From NCBI GenBank assembly GCA_942493145.1, contig OW818679.1:399566-463565 (forward strand): 64,000 nucleotides of DNA, written 5' to 3'. Every line of letters begins with the position of its first letter. Within the stretch, counting starts at the first letter, position 1. Below are positions 41,621 to 51,850 of this stretch, piece by piece. The translations under genes and the position numbers were made by a program. The DNA is from an uncultured Bacillota bacterium (GTDB lineage Bacteria; Bacillota; Clostridia; Acetivibrionales; DTU013). The notes beneath the pieces were generated by a model. It saw only the letters and a program-made list of their open reading frames with translations, made no database searches and was not told the DNA's origin.

Positions 41621-42738
41621 ATGGCAAAGAAATTTCAAGTTTTATCCGCAGTACTCGTTGCAGCAGTATTCTTAGTATTTTGTTCGGCACCCGTATCCGC
41701 AGCATCAACAGTTCTGAAAAAGAAAGTACAGGCAGTGCAGTTACAGCGCTTCAAAAAAGCCTTGTGAAACTGGGCTATCTTGATGTTGAACCAACCGGTT
41801 ATTACGGTGATGCCACCATTACAGCCGTTAAAAAGGTTCAAAAGGATTATGGGTGCGACGCGGACGGAATAGCAGGAAGTACCACTTTAAGCCTAATTGA
41901 CAGGCTTCTCGGGAAAAGTACAACTACTACCGCAAAAAGCAATTCAAGCAGCACCGGTGCCCTTAAGGAAGGAGTCGAAGGCAGTTCTGTCAGCGCACTC
42001 CAAAAAAATCTTGTAAAGCTGGGTTACCTTAATGCCGATCCTACAGGTTATTTTGGTACCTTAACAGTCAAAGCGGTTACAAAGCTCCAGAAGGCCAATG
42101 GTTACACCGCAGATGGTGTAGTGGGAAGTAATACTCTTGCGCTTATAAGCAAACTTGTTGTTGCGAAAACATCAACTACCGCTACCGCAAAGACAACTAC
42201 AACCACGGCAGTATCGGCTTCGAAAACCTCAGAAGCAAAGGATACTTCAGAAGATGTGAACTACAAGCTTCCCTGGTTCAACAACGCAGAGGATGTCCTT
42301 GCCAAGGGAACAACTGCAAATGTGTATGATATTGAATCAGGACTCAGCTTTAAAATCAAAAGAACATACGGACATAATCATGCAGATTGTGAAACGCTTA
42401 CCTCCAAAGACACTGCAACCATGAAAAAGATATATGGTGGAGAATGGAGTTGGGCTAGGCGCGCTGTCATAGTAACTGTAGGTGATACAAAGATTGCGGC
42501 TTCAATGGCCGGAATGCCGCATGCAGGAAGCGACAAATATTCCGCCAACAAGTATGTCAGTTCCAGAAGCGGCGGATATGGCAGGGGACAGAATCTGGAT
42601 GCGGTAAAAGGGAATGGTATGAGCGGCGTGTTCGACCTCCACTTTTACAAAAGCAAGACCCATAATTCAAACAAGGTTGACAGCAAGCACCAAAGCATGA
42701 TCAATACGGCTGTCGAATGGGCAAAGAAAAACCTGTAA
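41621..42738 (+). pseudogene. Secreted protein with two PG_binding_1 domains and an uncharacterised C-terminal domain; single frameshift after the signal peptide
   Basis: The signal peptide MAKKFQVLSAVLVAAVFLVFCSAPVSAAS is in frame 1. The body, from GSAVTALQKSLVKLGYL, is in ORF 41680-42738. Adding one A to the A5 run at 41717-41721 fuses them. Confidence 0.7.
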
Positions 42739-42774
42739 AATAATAATTATCAGTAAATAATTTGAATATAATCA

Positions 42775-42810
42775 TCCTCGCAGAGAATAATCTGTGGGGA
42801 TTTTTTTTTA
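42775..42810 (+). terminator. Rho-independent terminator
   Basis: CCTCGCAGA pairs with TCTGTGGGG (including G-U pairs), followed by a T9 run. Confidence 0.65.
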
Positions 42811-42896
42811 TTATTTACCTTAGCCAGAGACTTTAGGTGATAAATTGATAAATTGTGGAAACAATATTAACAAATAATTCAGGAAGGAGAAAAGCT

Positions 42897-43025
42897 ATGG
42901 GTGACAAAAACAAGAAGAAGGCACCAAAAGCGAAGAAGAACAAATTAGCGGTCTCTAACGATCAGCTTGGCGAGAACGCAGGAGAAGGCCGTATAATGAA
43001 TGAAAAGCCAAGGGGTTTAAAATAA
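42897..43025 (+). CDS. Small lysine-rich protein (42 aa), unknown function
   Basis: The strong RBS AGGAAGGAGA lies 6 nt upstream of the ATG. The sequence is MGDKNKKKAPKAKKNKLAVSNDQLGENAGEGRIMNEKPRGLK. The gene has its own terminator. It is below the ORF-track size cut-off. Confidence 0.5.
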   Translation: MGDKNKKKAPKAKKNKLAVSNDQLGENAGEGRIMNEKPRGLK

Positions 43026-43030
43026 GGCAG

Positions 43031-43062
43031 AGGGGCTGGGCATCAGCCCTTTACCTTTTTTT
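43031..43062 (+). terminator. Rho-independent terminator after the small ORF
   Basis: AGGGGCTG pairs with CAGCCCTT, followed by a T-run. Confidence 0.65.
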
Positions 43063-43110
43063 GTGTACGACTGTGGCAAGGTGTGATAAAGTAGGGTACA
43101 GGAGGATTTT

Positions 43111-45264
43111 ATGAGAGACATACTGCAAACACTTGCCAATGAATTGAAAATAAAACCCGTACAGGTTCAGAATACAGTCAGGCTTATAGATGAAGGCTGC
43201 ACCATACCTTTCATTGCACGTTATAGAAAAGAAATAACCGGTGAGCTGAACGATCAGGTTTTAAGGGACCTTCATGAACGCCTTATATACCTCAGGAACC
43301 TTGAGGAAAAGCTTGGAAATGTCAGAAAGTCCATAACAGAACAGGGAAAAATGACGGAAGGTATATCAGCTGCTCTTGAAAAAGCCCTAAGCATACAGGA
43401 AATTGAGGATATATACAGACCGTTCAAGCCTAAAAGGCGAACCCGGGCGTCCATTGCAAGGGAAAAGGGTTTGGAACCGCTTGCAGCGATTTTGTTTGAA
43501 CAGGATATATTAAAAGGGTCAATTGATGAAATCGCCGCTCCTTTCATCAATGGTGAAAAGGAAGTCAGGAATACAGCCGATGCAATTAACGGGGCAATGG
43601 ATATAATTGCTGAAGAAATCTCAGATAATGCAGTCTACAGAAAACAAATACGTGAGCTGTTCTTCAGGCACGGGATACTGGTGTCTAAAGGAACAAAAGA
43701 GGCTGATTCGGTCTACAGGATGTACTTTGACTTCAGGGAGCCGGTATCCAGGATCGCAGGACACAGGATACTTGCAGTGAACAGGGGAGAAAAGGAAGAA
43801 GCGCTGAAGGTATCCCTTGAGACTCCGGATGAGCTGATGGTTGAATTTCTGAAATCCTGCACTTTGAAGAGGAATGGCTCCATTACAACCATGTATGTTG
43901 AAAAGGCTGCCGAGGACTCATATTCTAGACTCATCAGGCCCTCCATTGAAAACGAGGTTCGGGGCGAACTGACCGAAGTGGCAGGTGAACAGGCAATGAA
44001 GGTATTTGCAGAAAACCTGCGGAACCTTTTACTACAGCCACCGGTAAAGGGCAGGGTGGTTCTCGGATTTGATCCTGCATACAGGACAGGCTGCAAGCTT
44101 GCTGTAGTCGATGACACGGGAATGGTTCTCACTGTGACTGTAATTTATCCAACTCCTCCCTTGAGCAAGGTGGAGGAAGCTGAAAAGACAGTGAAGCAGC
44201 TTATCGAAAAGCACAGGATAGACATTATATCCATAGGTAATGGCACCGCGTCCAGGGAATCGGAGGTATTTATAGCAAACCTGCTGAAAAAGATAGACAG
44301 AAAGGTTTATTATATGGTTGTCAGTGAAGCGGGTGCATCGGTATATTCTGCATCCAAACTGGCGTCAGAGGAATTCCCCGAATTTGATGTATCATTAAGG
44401 AGTGCTGTTTCCATTGCACGCAGACTGCAGGATCCGTTGGCCGAACTGGTCAAGATTGATCCCAAGGCAATAGGCGTAGGGCAGTATCAGCACGATATGA
44501 ATCAGAAAAAATTGGATGATACCCTCGGAGGTGTCGTTGAAGATTGTGTCAACAGTGTAGGCGTGGATTTGAACACAGCATCGCCAGCACTTCTTTCACA
44601 TATTTCAGGAATCAACTCCACAGTAGCCAGGAATATCGTTGAGTACAGGGAAAAAAACGGGCGCTTCAAGAGCAGGCGGGAGCTGAAGAAGGTCAGCAAG
44701 CTCGGAGACAAGGCGTTTGAGCAGTGCGCAGGTTTCCTGAGGATACCGGACAGTGTGAACATCCTCGACAACACTTCGGTGCATCCGGAATCCTACGATG
44801 CGGCAGAGAAACTGTTGACGCTCCTGGGCTATTCATTACAGGATGTAAGCGGCAGGAAACTGAGCAACCTGGGTCAGCAGGCAGAGCAGGCAGGTGTCAG
44901 AGAACTTGCTGAACTGGCAGGTGTTGGAGTGCCTACCCTGAAGGATATAGTTGATGAACTCCTCAAACCGGGCAGGGACCCCAGGGATCAACTTCCACAA
45001 CCGTTACTGCATACGGATGTCATGGGCATTGAGGATCTGAAACAGGGCATGGTGCTTACAGGTACAGTCAGGAATGTTGCCGATTTCGGCGCCTTTGTGG
45101 ATATAGGTGTCCATCAGGATGGACTTGTACACATCTCAGAAATGAGGGATAGATTCGTAAAAAACCCCATGGAAGTGGTCGCAGTCGGAGATATTGTCAA
45201 AGTCAGAGTGCTTGAGGTGGATGCAGTACGGAAAAGGATTAGCCTCAGCATGAAAGGCATATGA
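43111..45264 (+). CDS. tex: Tex-like transcription accessory protein (S1 RNA-binding domain protein)
   Basis: 717 aa, intact. The N-terminal Tex domain has FIARYRKE. YqgF/RuvC-like and HhH regions are present. The C-terminal S1 domain is GMVLTGTVRNVADFGAFVDIGVHQDGLVHISE. Confidence 0.93.
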   Translation: MRDILQTLANELKIKPVQVQNTVRLIDEGCTIPFIARYRKEITGELNDQVLRDLHERLIYLRNLEEKLGNVRKSITEQGKMTEGISAALEKALSIQEIEDIYRPFKPKRRTRASIAREKGLEPLAAILFEQDILKGSIDEIAAPFINGEKEVRNTADAINGAMDIIAEEISDNAVYRKQIRELFFRHGILVSKGTKEADSVYRMYFDFREPVSRIAGHRILAVNRGEKEEALKVSLETPDELMVEFLKSCTLKRNGSITTMYVEKAAEDSYSRLIRPSIENEVRGELTEVAGEQAMKVFAENLRNLLLQPPVKGRVVLGFDPAYRTGCKLAVVDDTGMVLTVTVIYPTPPLSKVEEAEKTVKQLIEKHRIDIISIGNGTASRESEVFIANLLKKIDRKVYYMVVSEAGASVYSASKLASEEFPEFDVSLRSAVSIARRLQDPLAELVKIDPKAIGVGQYQHDMNQKKLDDTLGGVVEDCVNSVGVDLNTASPALLSHISGINSTVARNIVEYREKNGRFKSRRELKKVSKLGDKAFEQCAGFLRIPDSVNILDNTSVHPESYDAAEKLLTLLGYSLQDVSGRKLSNLGQQAEQAGVRELAELAGVGVPTLKDIVDELLKPGRDPRDQLPQPLLHTDVMGIEDLKQGMVLTGTVRNVADFGAFVDIGVHQDGLVHISEMRDRFVKNPMEVVAVGDIVKVRVLEVDAVRKRISLSMKGI

Positions 45265-45439
45265 TTTATAACACAACTTTTCCACAGTGTTTTTGGGCTC
45301 CTCTTGGCCATTGGCGCCGGCGGTGCTAATAGCACCTCAGCTTGTCACAAGCGTCGCCTTAAAACACTAATAAATCAGTAGGGTGGGAAAGTTGAGTTTT
45401 TAAGTAATATAGTTTATTTTATACGAAAAGGGTGTCGAT

Positions 45440-46277
45440 ATGGGTATTCTGAGAGAAACAATAAAAGTCGTTTCCAGGCGGCCATCGGTGTTGATAATTC
45501 CTGGAATCATTATGTTCATAGTATCGGCCATGAATATATATATCCCCGTTTTGCCGCTGGTAGCAGGGCTGGGAGGCATGACCGGAGGAAGCATATCCGA
45601 GGGTGTCGTTTCGGTGCTTCAGTTGATCGCCAGTCCGGAGCTATTGCCAATAATTATATTGGTGTTCATCGGAATGTGCCTTCTGGTATCCCCTCTTTGC
45701 CGGGATAATCCTTCCGGGATACTTTTCTATTACTGATGGAGCACTCCAGAACAGGGAAAAAGTACAGGGTGAATTCATATCAAGCTTAAAAGAGAACTTC
45801 CTGAAATTCTTCCTGATGTCAATAAGGAGTCTGGCATTTTTGGCAGCATATTCTATATTCCTTCTGGTCGCATGTATACCGGCGATTATAGTAACGAGGG
45901 CAGCAGGTGCAGAAGGATCAGGTCTGTTGCTGCCTTCGATATTTCTGGATTTTATAACTGTCGCAGTTATGTTTTTCAGTATCATGTTTTCCAGCGCGTA
46001 TATAATTTACTGGTATCCATCCACTTTGAAAAAGCTGAACCGGCCGTTCACCGCAGGTAAACACCTGGCCGATGCCCACTTCTGGAATATATCAGCAAGG
46101 CTTCTGGTATTCGGTATCATTTTCCTTGCTTATGTTTATATTACACTCAGTACTGAGATACTCCTGCTTAAATTCCTCATTGGCTGGATTCCAGGGTCAT
46201 TATTCATTGCTGTCTTTGTTGTGTTCGTATTCAAGACCTATAACGGTTACCTTGCTGAAGTCATGCAACAGGACTGA
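45440..46277 (+). pseudogene. Multi-pass membrane protein of unknown family; one frameshift
   Basis: ORF 45440-45736 and ORF 45816-46277 are collinear hydrophobic fragments. The second frame is already open from ~45690 (LFAGIILPGYFSITDGALQNREK...). The break lies around the C4 run in tcccctctttgcc. Confidence 0.6.
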
Positions 46278-46292
46278 TAATATGGCGTTTTG

Positions 46293-46998
46293 CTATTTGG
46301 CGAAATTATGCTTTCCTATTTTGATTACTATCTGCCTTGACCAAATCCATGAGCTTGTTGCGGTTGCAGGGTTGAAATAATAAACGCAGCCATACGAGGG
46401 ATCCCAGCCATTAAGTGCGTCCCGCGCCGCATTAAAGGAGCTTTGGTCGGGCGCCAGGTTTATCTGGCCGTCATCCACAGCGGTAAACGCACGGGGTTCA
46501 TATATGACGCCGGCAATGGTCTTGGGGAAACGGCGAATCGGCAGTCCGGTTAAGAACTACGGCGGCCACTGCGACCTTTCCTTCATAAGGCTCACCCCGT
46601 GCTTCTCCATGAATCAATCGAGCCAGCAGGTTTACATCTCCTGAAGAGCTGGAGCCTCCGCTCCTGGAGGGTGTGCTGGCTTGAGCCGGTAAACCCAGGG
46701 CTGCTAGAGTCTTGGGTCCTGATACTCCATCAACTGCCAGACCGTTTTTGGATTGAAATTTTTTTACTGCGCTAAATGTCTGATATCCATAAATACCATC
46801 CACAGAGCCATTATAATAACCCCAATTGGTCAACCTTGACTGTATGTTTATTACTTCCTGACCTGTAGATCCGTAATTTGACAATACCGCCCTGCTGTAG
46901 CCCATGAAATCCTGTATCTGAGACCTGTGTTAAAAAGCAAGCATAAGAGATACCGATATTGCAGCAAGTGTTACCATTAGTATGATTTTCCTCTTCAA
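46293..46998 (-). pseudogene. sleB: Spore cortex-lytic enzyme SleB/CwlJ family (PG_binding_1 + Hydrolase_2), nonsense codon plus frameshift
   Basis: The TTG start at 46998 follows the RBS GGAG. The signal peptide is LKRKIILMVTLAAISVSLMLAF. An in-frame TAA lies at 46932-46930. The PG-binding region follows ([22 protein letters not shown]). The hydrolase core [24 protein letters not shown] and the tail NGWDPSYGCVYYFNPATATSSW are in different frames, with the break near 46500. Confidence 0.8.
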
Positions 46999-47140
46999 AG
47001 TATACTCCTTTTCTTAATGTACTTTATCTTTTTTAATGTACTTTTCCAAAGTATTTCAAGGCGCATTTGGATTGATCCTGTCTGCACCCGGATTGATCCT
47101 GTTTGTATTTTCTGTTATTGGACAAAAAATATTCCTGCCA

Positions 47141-47371
47141 TTAGAAAAGCAGGATATATATGAGCAGTATAATAAAGATATCCTGATCTACTGGTTCATC
47201 TATCAATAGTATGATAAGCGCAACCAGGATTATTTCTTCGATTGTTATGTGTTCCTTGAGGAATTTCAGCACAGATGAAAAAATCTCCGGAATATTGATG
47301 CTCCAGGGCTGTCTTTGTGTTGATTCCATTTCATTCGGCATGGGGATATCAAGATAATTTATATGTATCAC
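47141..47371 (-). CDS. Small hypothetical membrane protein (76 aa)
   Basis: The ORF has a C-terminal hydrophobic segment IILVALIILLIDEPVDQDIFIILLIYILLF. It lies 3 nt downstream of the preceding ORF. Confidence 0.4.
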   Translation of the reverse strand: MIHINYLDIPMPNEMESTQRQPWSINIPEIFSSVLKFLKEHITIEEIILVALIILLIDEPVDQDIFIILLIYILLF

Positions 47372-47374
47372 TCC

Positions 47375-47782
47375 CTATTTTTCCTGGTTGTTCAGCATCT
47401 TTGTGATGCTCGTGAACTGAAGGAGTTGAATGCAGTTGCTTATCTTTTTCTGGCGGTTGTTGTTCATGAAAGGTTTGACTGCCAATAACAGGTTGATTCT
47501 CGGATCATTTACATTGCCGATACCGTTGAGCGCTTTTTTCAACCTGGCCGACAGATCATCACTATTGTTATTTGAAGAGGAGACGGGTATGGCTTCTCTC
47601 ATTTCTTCCTGTACGGCTTCGCTGTCTTTTATCTCAGCCTGGCCGCCCTGGGCTCCTCCCATAGAGCCTGCGAGCATTGAGAGAAGGCTCTTTACGTTTT
47701 CCGGCAAATTGTCCTGACCAAGTAATTCGGCCACTTGCTGGATTTTGCTGTTGATATCCTCGCTCATGATAGACTCCTCCAA
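47375..47782 (-). CDS. Hypothetical protein (135 aa), acidic/glycine-rich centre; family not recognised
   Basis: Intact ORF with the RBS GGAGGAG upstream, on the same strand as sleB and the small ORFs. No motif was recognised. Confidence 0.5.
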   Translation of the reverse strand: MEESIMSEDINSKIQQVAELLGQDNLPENVKSLLSMLAGSMGGAQGGQAEIKDSEAVQEEMREAIPVSSSNNNSDDLSARLKKALNGIGNVNDPRINLLLAVKPFMNNNRQKKISNCIQLLQFTSITKMLNNQEK

Positions 47783-47823
47783 AGGGCTAACGATAATGCC
47801 CCTGTTATAATATATTCAGTAGC

Positions 47824-48153
47824 TACTTAATAATGTCTTTCAATTTTGCAATAATTTCAGGTCCATGTTCCCCCAGCATTTTTGGTGGAGGTTGTTCACG
47901 ATCCACGTCATCTTAATCTTACTTTTCAGTTCGTTTTTATCGATGCTCATTTCCTTCAGCTTGCTTTCATCAAAAAAACTCATTAAGCTTATCAAGCAGT
48001 TCTTCCTTGTTTATTTCTGCCAACCTTCTTTGCGATTTCCTCATCCTTGCCGTTCTTTAACATATCGAGGGCGCTTGTGGGGTTGGCCTCCAATACCTTT
48101 TCATCCATTTTTCCCAGGATATCTCCAAACATTTTATTAAACCCGTTTGCCAT
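47824..48153 (-). pseudogene. Small (~105 aa) helical protein gene, frameshifted
   Basis: The ATG at 48153 follows the RBS AAGGAAGGA. The sequence starts MANGFNKMFGDILGKMDEKVLEANPTSALDMLKNGKDEEIAKK. It continues LAEINKEELLDKLNEFF and DESKLKEMSIDKNELKSKIK in shifted frames. One break is at a T7/A7 run. All pieces are under 60 aa, so they are absent from the ORF track. Confidence 0.4.
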
Positions 48154-48289
48154 ATTATCCTTCCTTTTACAGCTGAAAATTCTTTATATTATATTCCTGG
48201 AAGGTTTTAATTGTTACACGTTTTTTTTGAAGGGTATTAATTTGATATAGTATTATTGTATGACAGTTTTTATTGAAAGGGTGAGTTCA

Positions 48290-49186
48290 ATGTATGATGT
48301 GATAATTATAGGAAGAGGGCCGGCAGGATTGTCGGCAGCATTATATACGGTAAGGTCCAACCTGAAGACACTTGTGATAGGGAAAAATGACAGCAGGTTG
48401 AGAAAAGCCGACAGGATAGACAACTACTATGCTTATTCAGAAACAGTCAGCGGAGAGACATTGCTGCTGGAAGGCGAAAAGCAGGTAAGGAGGCTTGGTT
48501 GCGAAATCGTTGAGGATGAAGTAATCGCCCTTGAAAAAGACGAAGTAATTAAAGTTGTTGCCTCAAAGCAGCAGTATCTTACGAAAGCTTTGCTGATTGC
48601 AACGGGTCAGTCTGTTAAGAAAATCAATGTTAGGAACATAACTGAATTTGAGGGCAGGGACATAAGCTACTGTAGTGCTTGTGACGGGTTTCTTCTATAA
48701 CAATCTGAAAGTGGGGCGTACTCGGACACAAGGACTATGCGGTGCATGAAGCTGTGGAGCTGCTGGCCAATACGAGGGATATGACCTATACGAGCGATAT
48801 ATACTAACGGAATGGCGCTGGATGGACCAAGGATGTATACAGCGATTTGGAGAAGAGGTTCAAAATCAATACGAAAGCTGTTGATAAGGTGGATGGCGGA
48901 GAAATTTTGCAGATGCAGAGGTTTTCAAGGATGGGACCAGGCGAGGAGCGGTGGACGGGCTGTTTTTGCCTGTGAAAGTGCCTCTGGATTGGATTTCGCC
49001 CGTAAGCTGGGGATCATTGCAGAAGGCAGCGATATAAAGGTGGATAAACGCCAACAGACCAACATCGAGGGGATATTTGCCGCAGGCGACTGCACAGGCG
49101 GACTCAGACAGGTATCGACCTCTGTAGGACAGGGAGCTGTGGCTGGAAAGGCGTTATCAGAATATATCAGGGAAATGGGAAACTGA
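48290..49186 (+). pseudogene. Thioredoxin-reductase-like FAD/NAD(P) oxidoreductase, multiply frameshifted
   Basis: MYDVIIIGRGPAGLSAALY (FAD GxGxxG) and the redox motif CSACDGF precede the first break at 48688-48695. The C-terminal GIFAAGDCTGGLRQVSTSVGQGAVAG is in ORF 48812-49186. The middle segment is in yet other frames. Confidence 0.8.
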
Positions 49187-49221
49187 AATATCCAGTTTCT
49201 CTGGGGAACTTTGATAAATTA

Positions 49222-49251
49222 TTGACAAGATGGTGAATATATCGTAATATT
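49222..49251 (+). promoter_or_regulatory. Sigma-A promoter with overlapping AT-rich inverted repeat (candidate ArsR-type operator)
   Basis: TTGACA (49222-49227), 17 nt, TAATAT (49245-49250). The inverted repeat AATAT-N6-ATATT (49236-49251) covers the -10 element. The direct repeat ATATAC-TG-ATATAC follows at 49255-49268. Confidence 0.45.
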
Positions 49252-49341
49252 TGAATATACTGATATACAACAGTTCGTTATAACATTAACAACTTGAATG
49301 AAAAATGTGTATTAAAATGTTTATTCGAAGGGGGAAAAATT

Positions 49342-51801
49342 ATGGGTATTAAAACTGTAATTGTGGGTGGAGTTGCCGGTGGCGCAAGTGCAGCTGCCAG
49401 ACTTCGCAGGCTCGATGAGAATGCGGAGATTGTCCTTTTTGAAAAGGGGGAATACATCTCCTTTGCCAATTGCGGCCTGCCCTATTATATAGGCGGGGTA
49501 ATCAAAGAAAAGGAAAAACTGGTGGTTCAGACCCCTGAAGCAATGAAGGAAAGATTCAACCTGGACGTCAGGATCAACAGTGAAGTACTTAGTATAAATA
49601 CAGCAGAAAAATATGTTGAGGTATATAACAGCAAGGAAAACAGGAAATACACTGAAACCTATGACAAGCTGGTCCTGTCTCCGGGAGCGGAACCGGTAAT
49701 ACCGGATATACCTGGAATAAGGTCAAAGAGGATATTCACACTGAGAAACATTCCCGACACCTACAGGATAAAGGAGTTTGTAGACGATAGAAAACCGGAA
49801 AGGGCGCTTGTTGTAGGAGCAGGATTTATCGGGCTGGAGGTTGCCGAGAATTTGCACCAAATCGGCGTGAAGGTTACAGTCGTTGAACTTGCCGATCATG
49901 TAATCGGTCCTCTTGATTATGAAATGGCAGCTATCGTACATCAGCACCTGAAAACCAAAAACATGGAGTTCTATTTGAAGGATTCCGTAAAGGCATTCAA
50001 TGATACCGGAGCGGGAGTCATTGTGGAATTGTCGAGCGGAAGGCTGATCAATACGGATATGGTGATCATGGGCATAGGTGTCAGGCCGGAAGCCAGAATT
50101 GCGGCCGAGGCGGGCATCAAACTAGGTACTACAGGCGGAATCCTTGTTGATGAATATATGAGGACATCGGATATAAATGTTTATGCTGTCGGCGACGCAG
50201 TGGAAATTAAGGATTTCATCAGCGGGAAGCCCGGCCTGATACCACTTGCCGGACCAGCCAACAAGCAGGGCAGGATTGCAGCCAACAACATCTGCGGACT
50301 GGAGGAGACATATCCCGGAACACAGGGAACTTCCATAGTCAAAGTTTTTGATATAACAGTTGCAGTCACGGGCAACAACGAAAGGATACTGAACAGAAAT
50401 GGTATAGAATATGAGAAATCCTTTACCCATTCGCCCTCCCATGCAGGGTATTATCCCGGGGCTATTCCCATGTCAATTAAACTGCTTTTCGGCAAAAACG
50501 ACGGTAAGGTGCTAGGGGCCCAGATAATTGGTTATGAGGGTGTTGACAAGAGGATAGATATCATATCAACCGCCATCAGAGCAGGCATGACCGTACATGA
50601 CCTTGAGAAGCTGGAGCTGGCCTATGCGCCTCCATACTCGTCTGCCAAGGACCCGGTCAATATTGCAGGCTTTACGGCTGCAAACATACTTAAAGGGGAT
50701 TGCAGGGTGTTTCAATGGCAGGATGTAGCCTCAGTGGATCCAGGTAAGTCCTTACTGCTGGATGTCCGTACCAGTATGGAATACGATCTTGGAAGCATAG
50801 AAGGCGCCTTGAATATTCCGATAGACGTACTCAGGGAGCGTATCGGTGAACTTCCCAAAGACAAGGAGATACTGGTATTCTGCCAGGTGGGCCTCCGCGG
50901 CTATGTTGCCTGTCGGTTGCTCATGCAGAAGGGCTTCGATGTCAGGAACCTGAGTGGAGGGTACAAGACCTACCAGCTGGCTGTTGAGAAGCAATCAAAC
51001 GAAGATATATACCAGACTGTCAGGATTATGAAGGATGACCTTATCAAGGCCGCCAGCGATGAGGATGAGGAGGGAAGGAAACACAGTATTTCTGTAGACG
51101 CCTGTGGACTGCAATGCCCCGGACCCATCCTTCAGACCTACAATGCCATAAAATCCATGGGGAATGGCGATGTGCTGGAGATAAAAGCTACTGATCCCGG
51201 TTTTCAGACAGATATCAAGGTGTGGTGTGAGAAGACCGGCAACAGGCTGTTGGATTTGAAATTCGAGAACAATACCTTTACCGCCTTGATTAAAAAGGCA
51301 GCAGCCAAAACCTCTGTGCCAGGTGAGATCAGGAATGGGAAAACAATGATTGTGTTCAGCGGAGATCTGGATAAGGCCATTGCATCCTTTATAATAGCTA
51401 ACGGCGCGGCGGCAATGGGCAGGAATATTACCATGTTCTTTACCTTCTGGGGCCTTAATATTCTTCGGAAGCCAGAAAAGGTCAAAGTGAGAAAGGATTT
51501 CCTTTCAAAGATGTTTGGGATGATGATGCCGAGAGGATCTGTAAAGCTGGGATTATCCCGGATGAATATGGGCGGTATGGGCGGCAAGCTTATAAGGTAT
51601 ATCATGAAGAAAAAGAACGTCTCATCATTGGAAGAGCTTATGAGTCAGGCAAAGGAAAATGGCGTCAGGCTGGTGGCATGCAATATGTCGATGGACATAA
51701 TGGGCATCAGGAAGGAGGAGCTTATTGACGGCGTTGAAATTGGTGGAGTCGCTTCAATGCTTGGTAGCGCCGAGGAGTCGGATATGAGCCTCTTCATTTA
51801 G
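49342..51801 (+). CDS. Four-domain fusion: CoA-disulfide/persulfide reductase (pyridine nucleotide-disulfide oxidoreductase) + rhodanese + TusA/SirA-like + DsrE/DrsE-like
   Basis: GGVAGGASAA (FAD) and the active-site SFANCGLPYY mark the CoADR domain. The rhodanese loop is FCQVGLRG. The TusA motif is CGLQCPGP. The C-terminal DsrE-like domain has MIVFSGDLDKAIASFIIANGAAAMG...VACNMSMD. The RBS GAAGGGGG precedes the ATG at 49342. The ORF track starts upstream at 49294. Confidence 0.85.
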   Translation: MGIKTVIVGGVAGGASAAARLRRLDENAEIVLFEKGEYISFANCGLPYYIGGVIKEKEKLVVQTPEAMKERFNLDVRINSEVLSINTAEKYVEVYNSKENRKYTETYDKLVLSPGAEPVIPDIPGIRSKRIFTLRNIPDTYRIKEFVDDRKPERALVVGAGFIGLEVAENLHQIGVKVTVVELADHVIGPLDYEMAAIVHQHLKTKNMEFYLKDSVKAFNDTGAGVIVELSSGRLINTDMVIMGIGVRPEARIAAEAGIKLGTTGGILVDEYMRTSDINVYAVGDAVEIKDFISGKPGLIPLAGPANKQGRIAANNICGLEETYPGTQGTSIVKVFDITVAVTGNNERILNRNGIEYEKSFTHSPSHAGYYPGAIPMSIKLLFGKNDGKVLGAQIIGYEGVDKRIDIISTAIRAGMTVHDLEKLELAYAPPYSSAKDPVNIAGFTAANILKGDCRVFQWQDVASVDPGKSLLLDVRTSMEYDLGSIEGALNIPIDVLRERIGELPKDKEILVFCQVGLRGYVACRLLMQKGFDVRNLSGGYKTYQLAVEKQSNEDIYQTVRIMKDDLIKAASDEDEEGRKHSISVDACGLQCPGPILQTYNAIKSMGNGDVLEIKATDPGFQTDIKVWCEKTGNRLLDLKFENNTFTALIKKAAAKTSVPGEIRNGKTMIVFSGDLDKAIASFIIANGAAAMGRNITMFFTFWGLNILRKPEKVKVRKDFLSKMFGMMMPRGSVKLGLSRMNMGGMGGKLIRYIMKKKNVSSLEELMSQAKENGVRLVACNMSMDIMGIRKEELIDGVEIGGVASMLGSAEESDMSLFI

Positions 51802-51850
51802 TAAAAAATCAATAAGAATATTGGGAGTGCTTGGTTTGAATGATATAAAT

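Noticed and set aside
45265-45439. Intergenic region after tex with small hairpins (GGTGCT-AAT-AGCACC; CACAGTGTTTT...AAAACACT), considered as a possible tRNA or sRNA
   Set aside because: No cloverleaf, no conserved T-loop/D-loop motifs and no recognisable Rfam-like motif were found. There is insufficient evidence.
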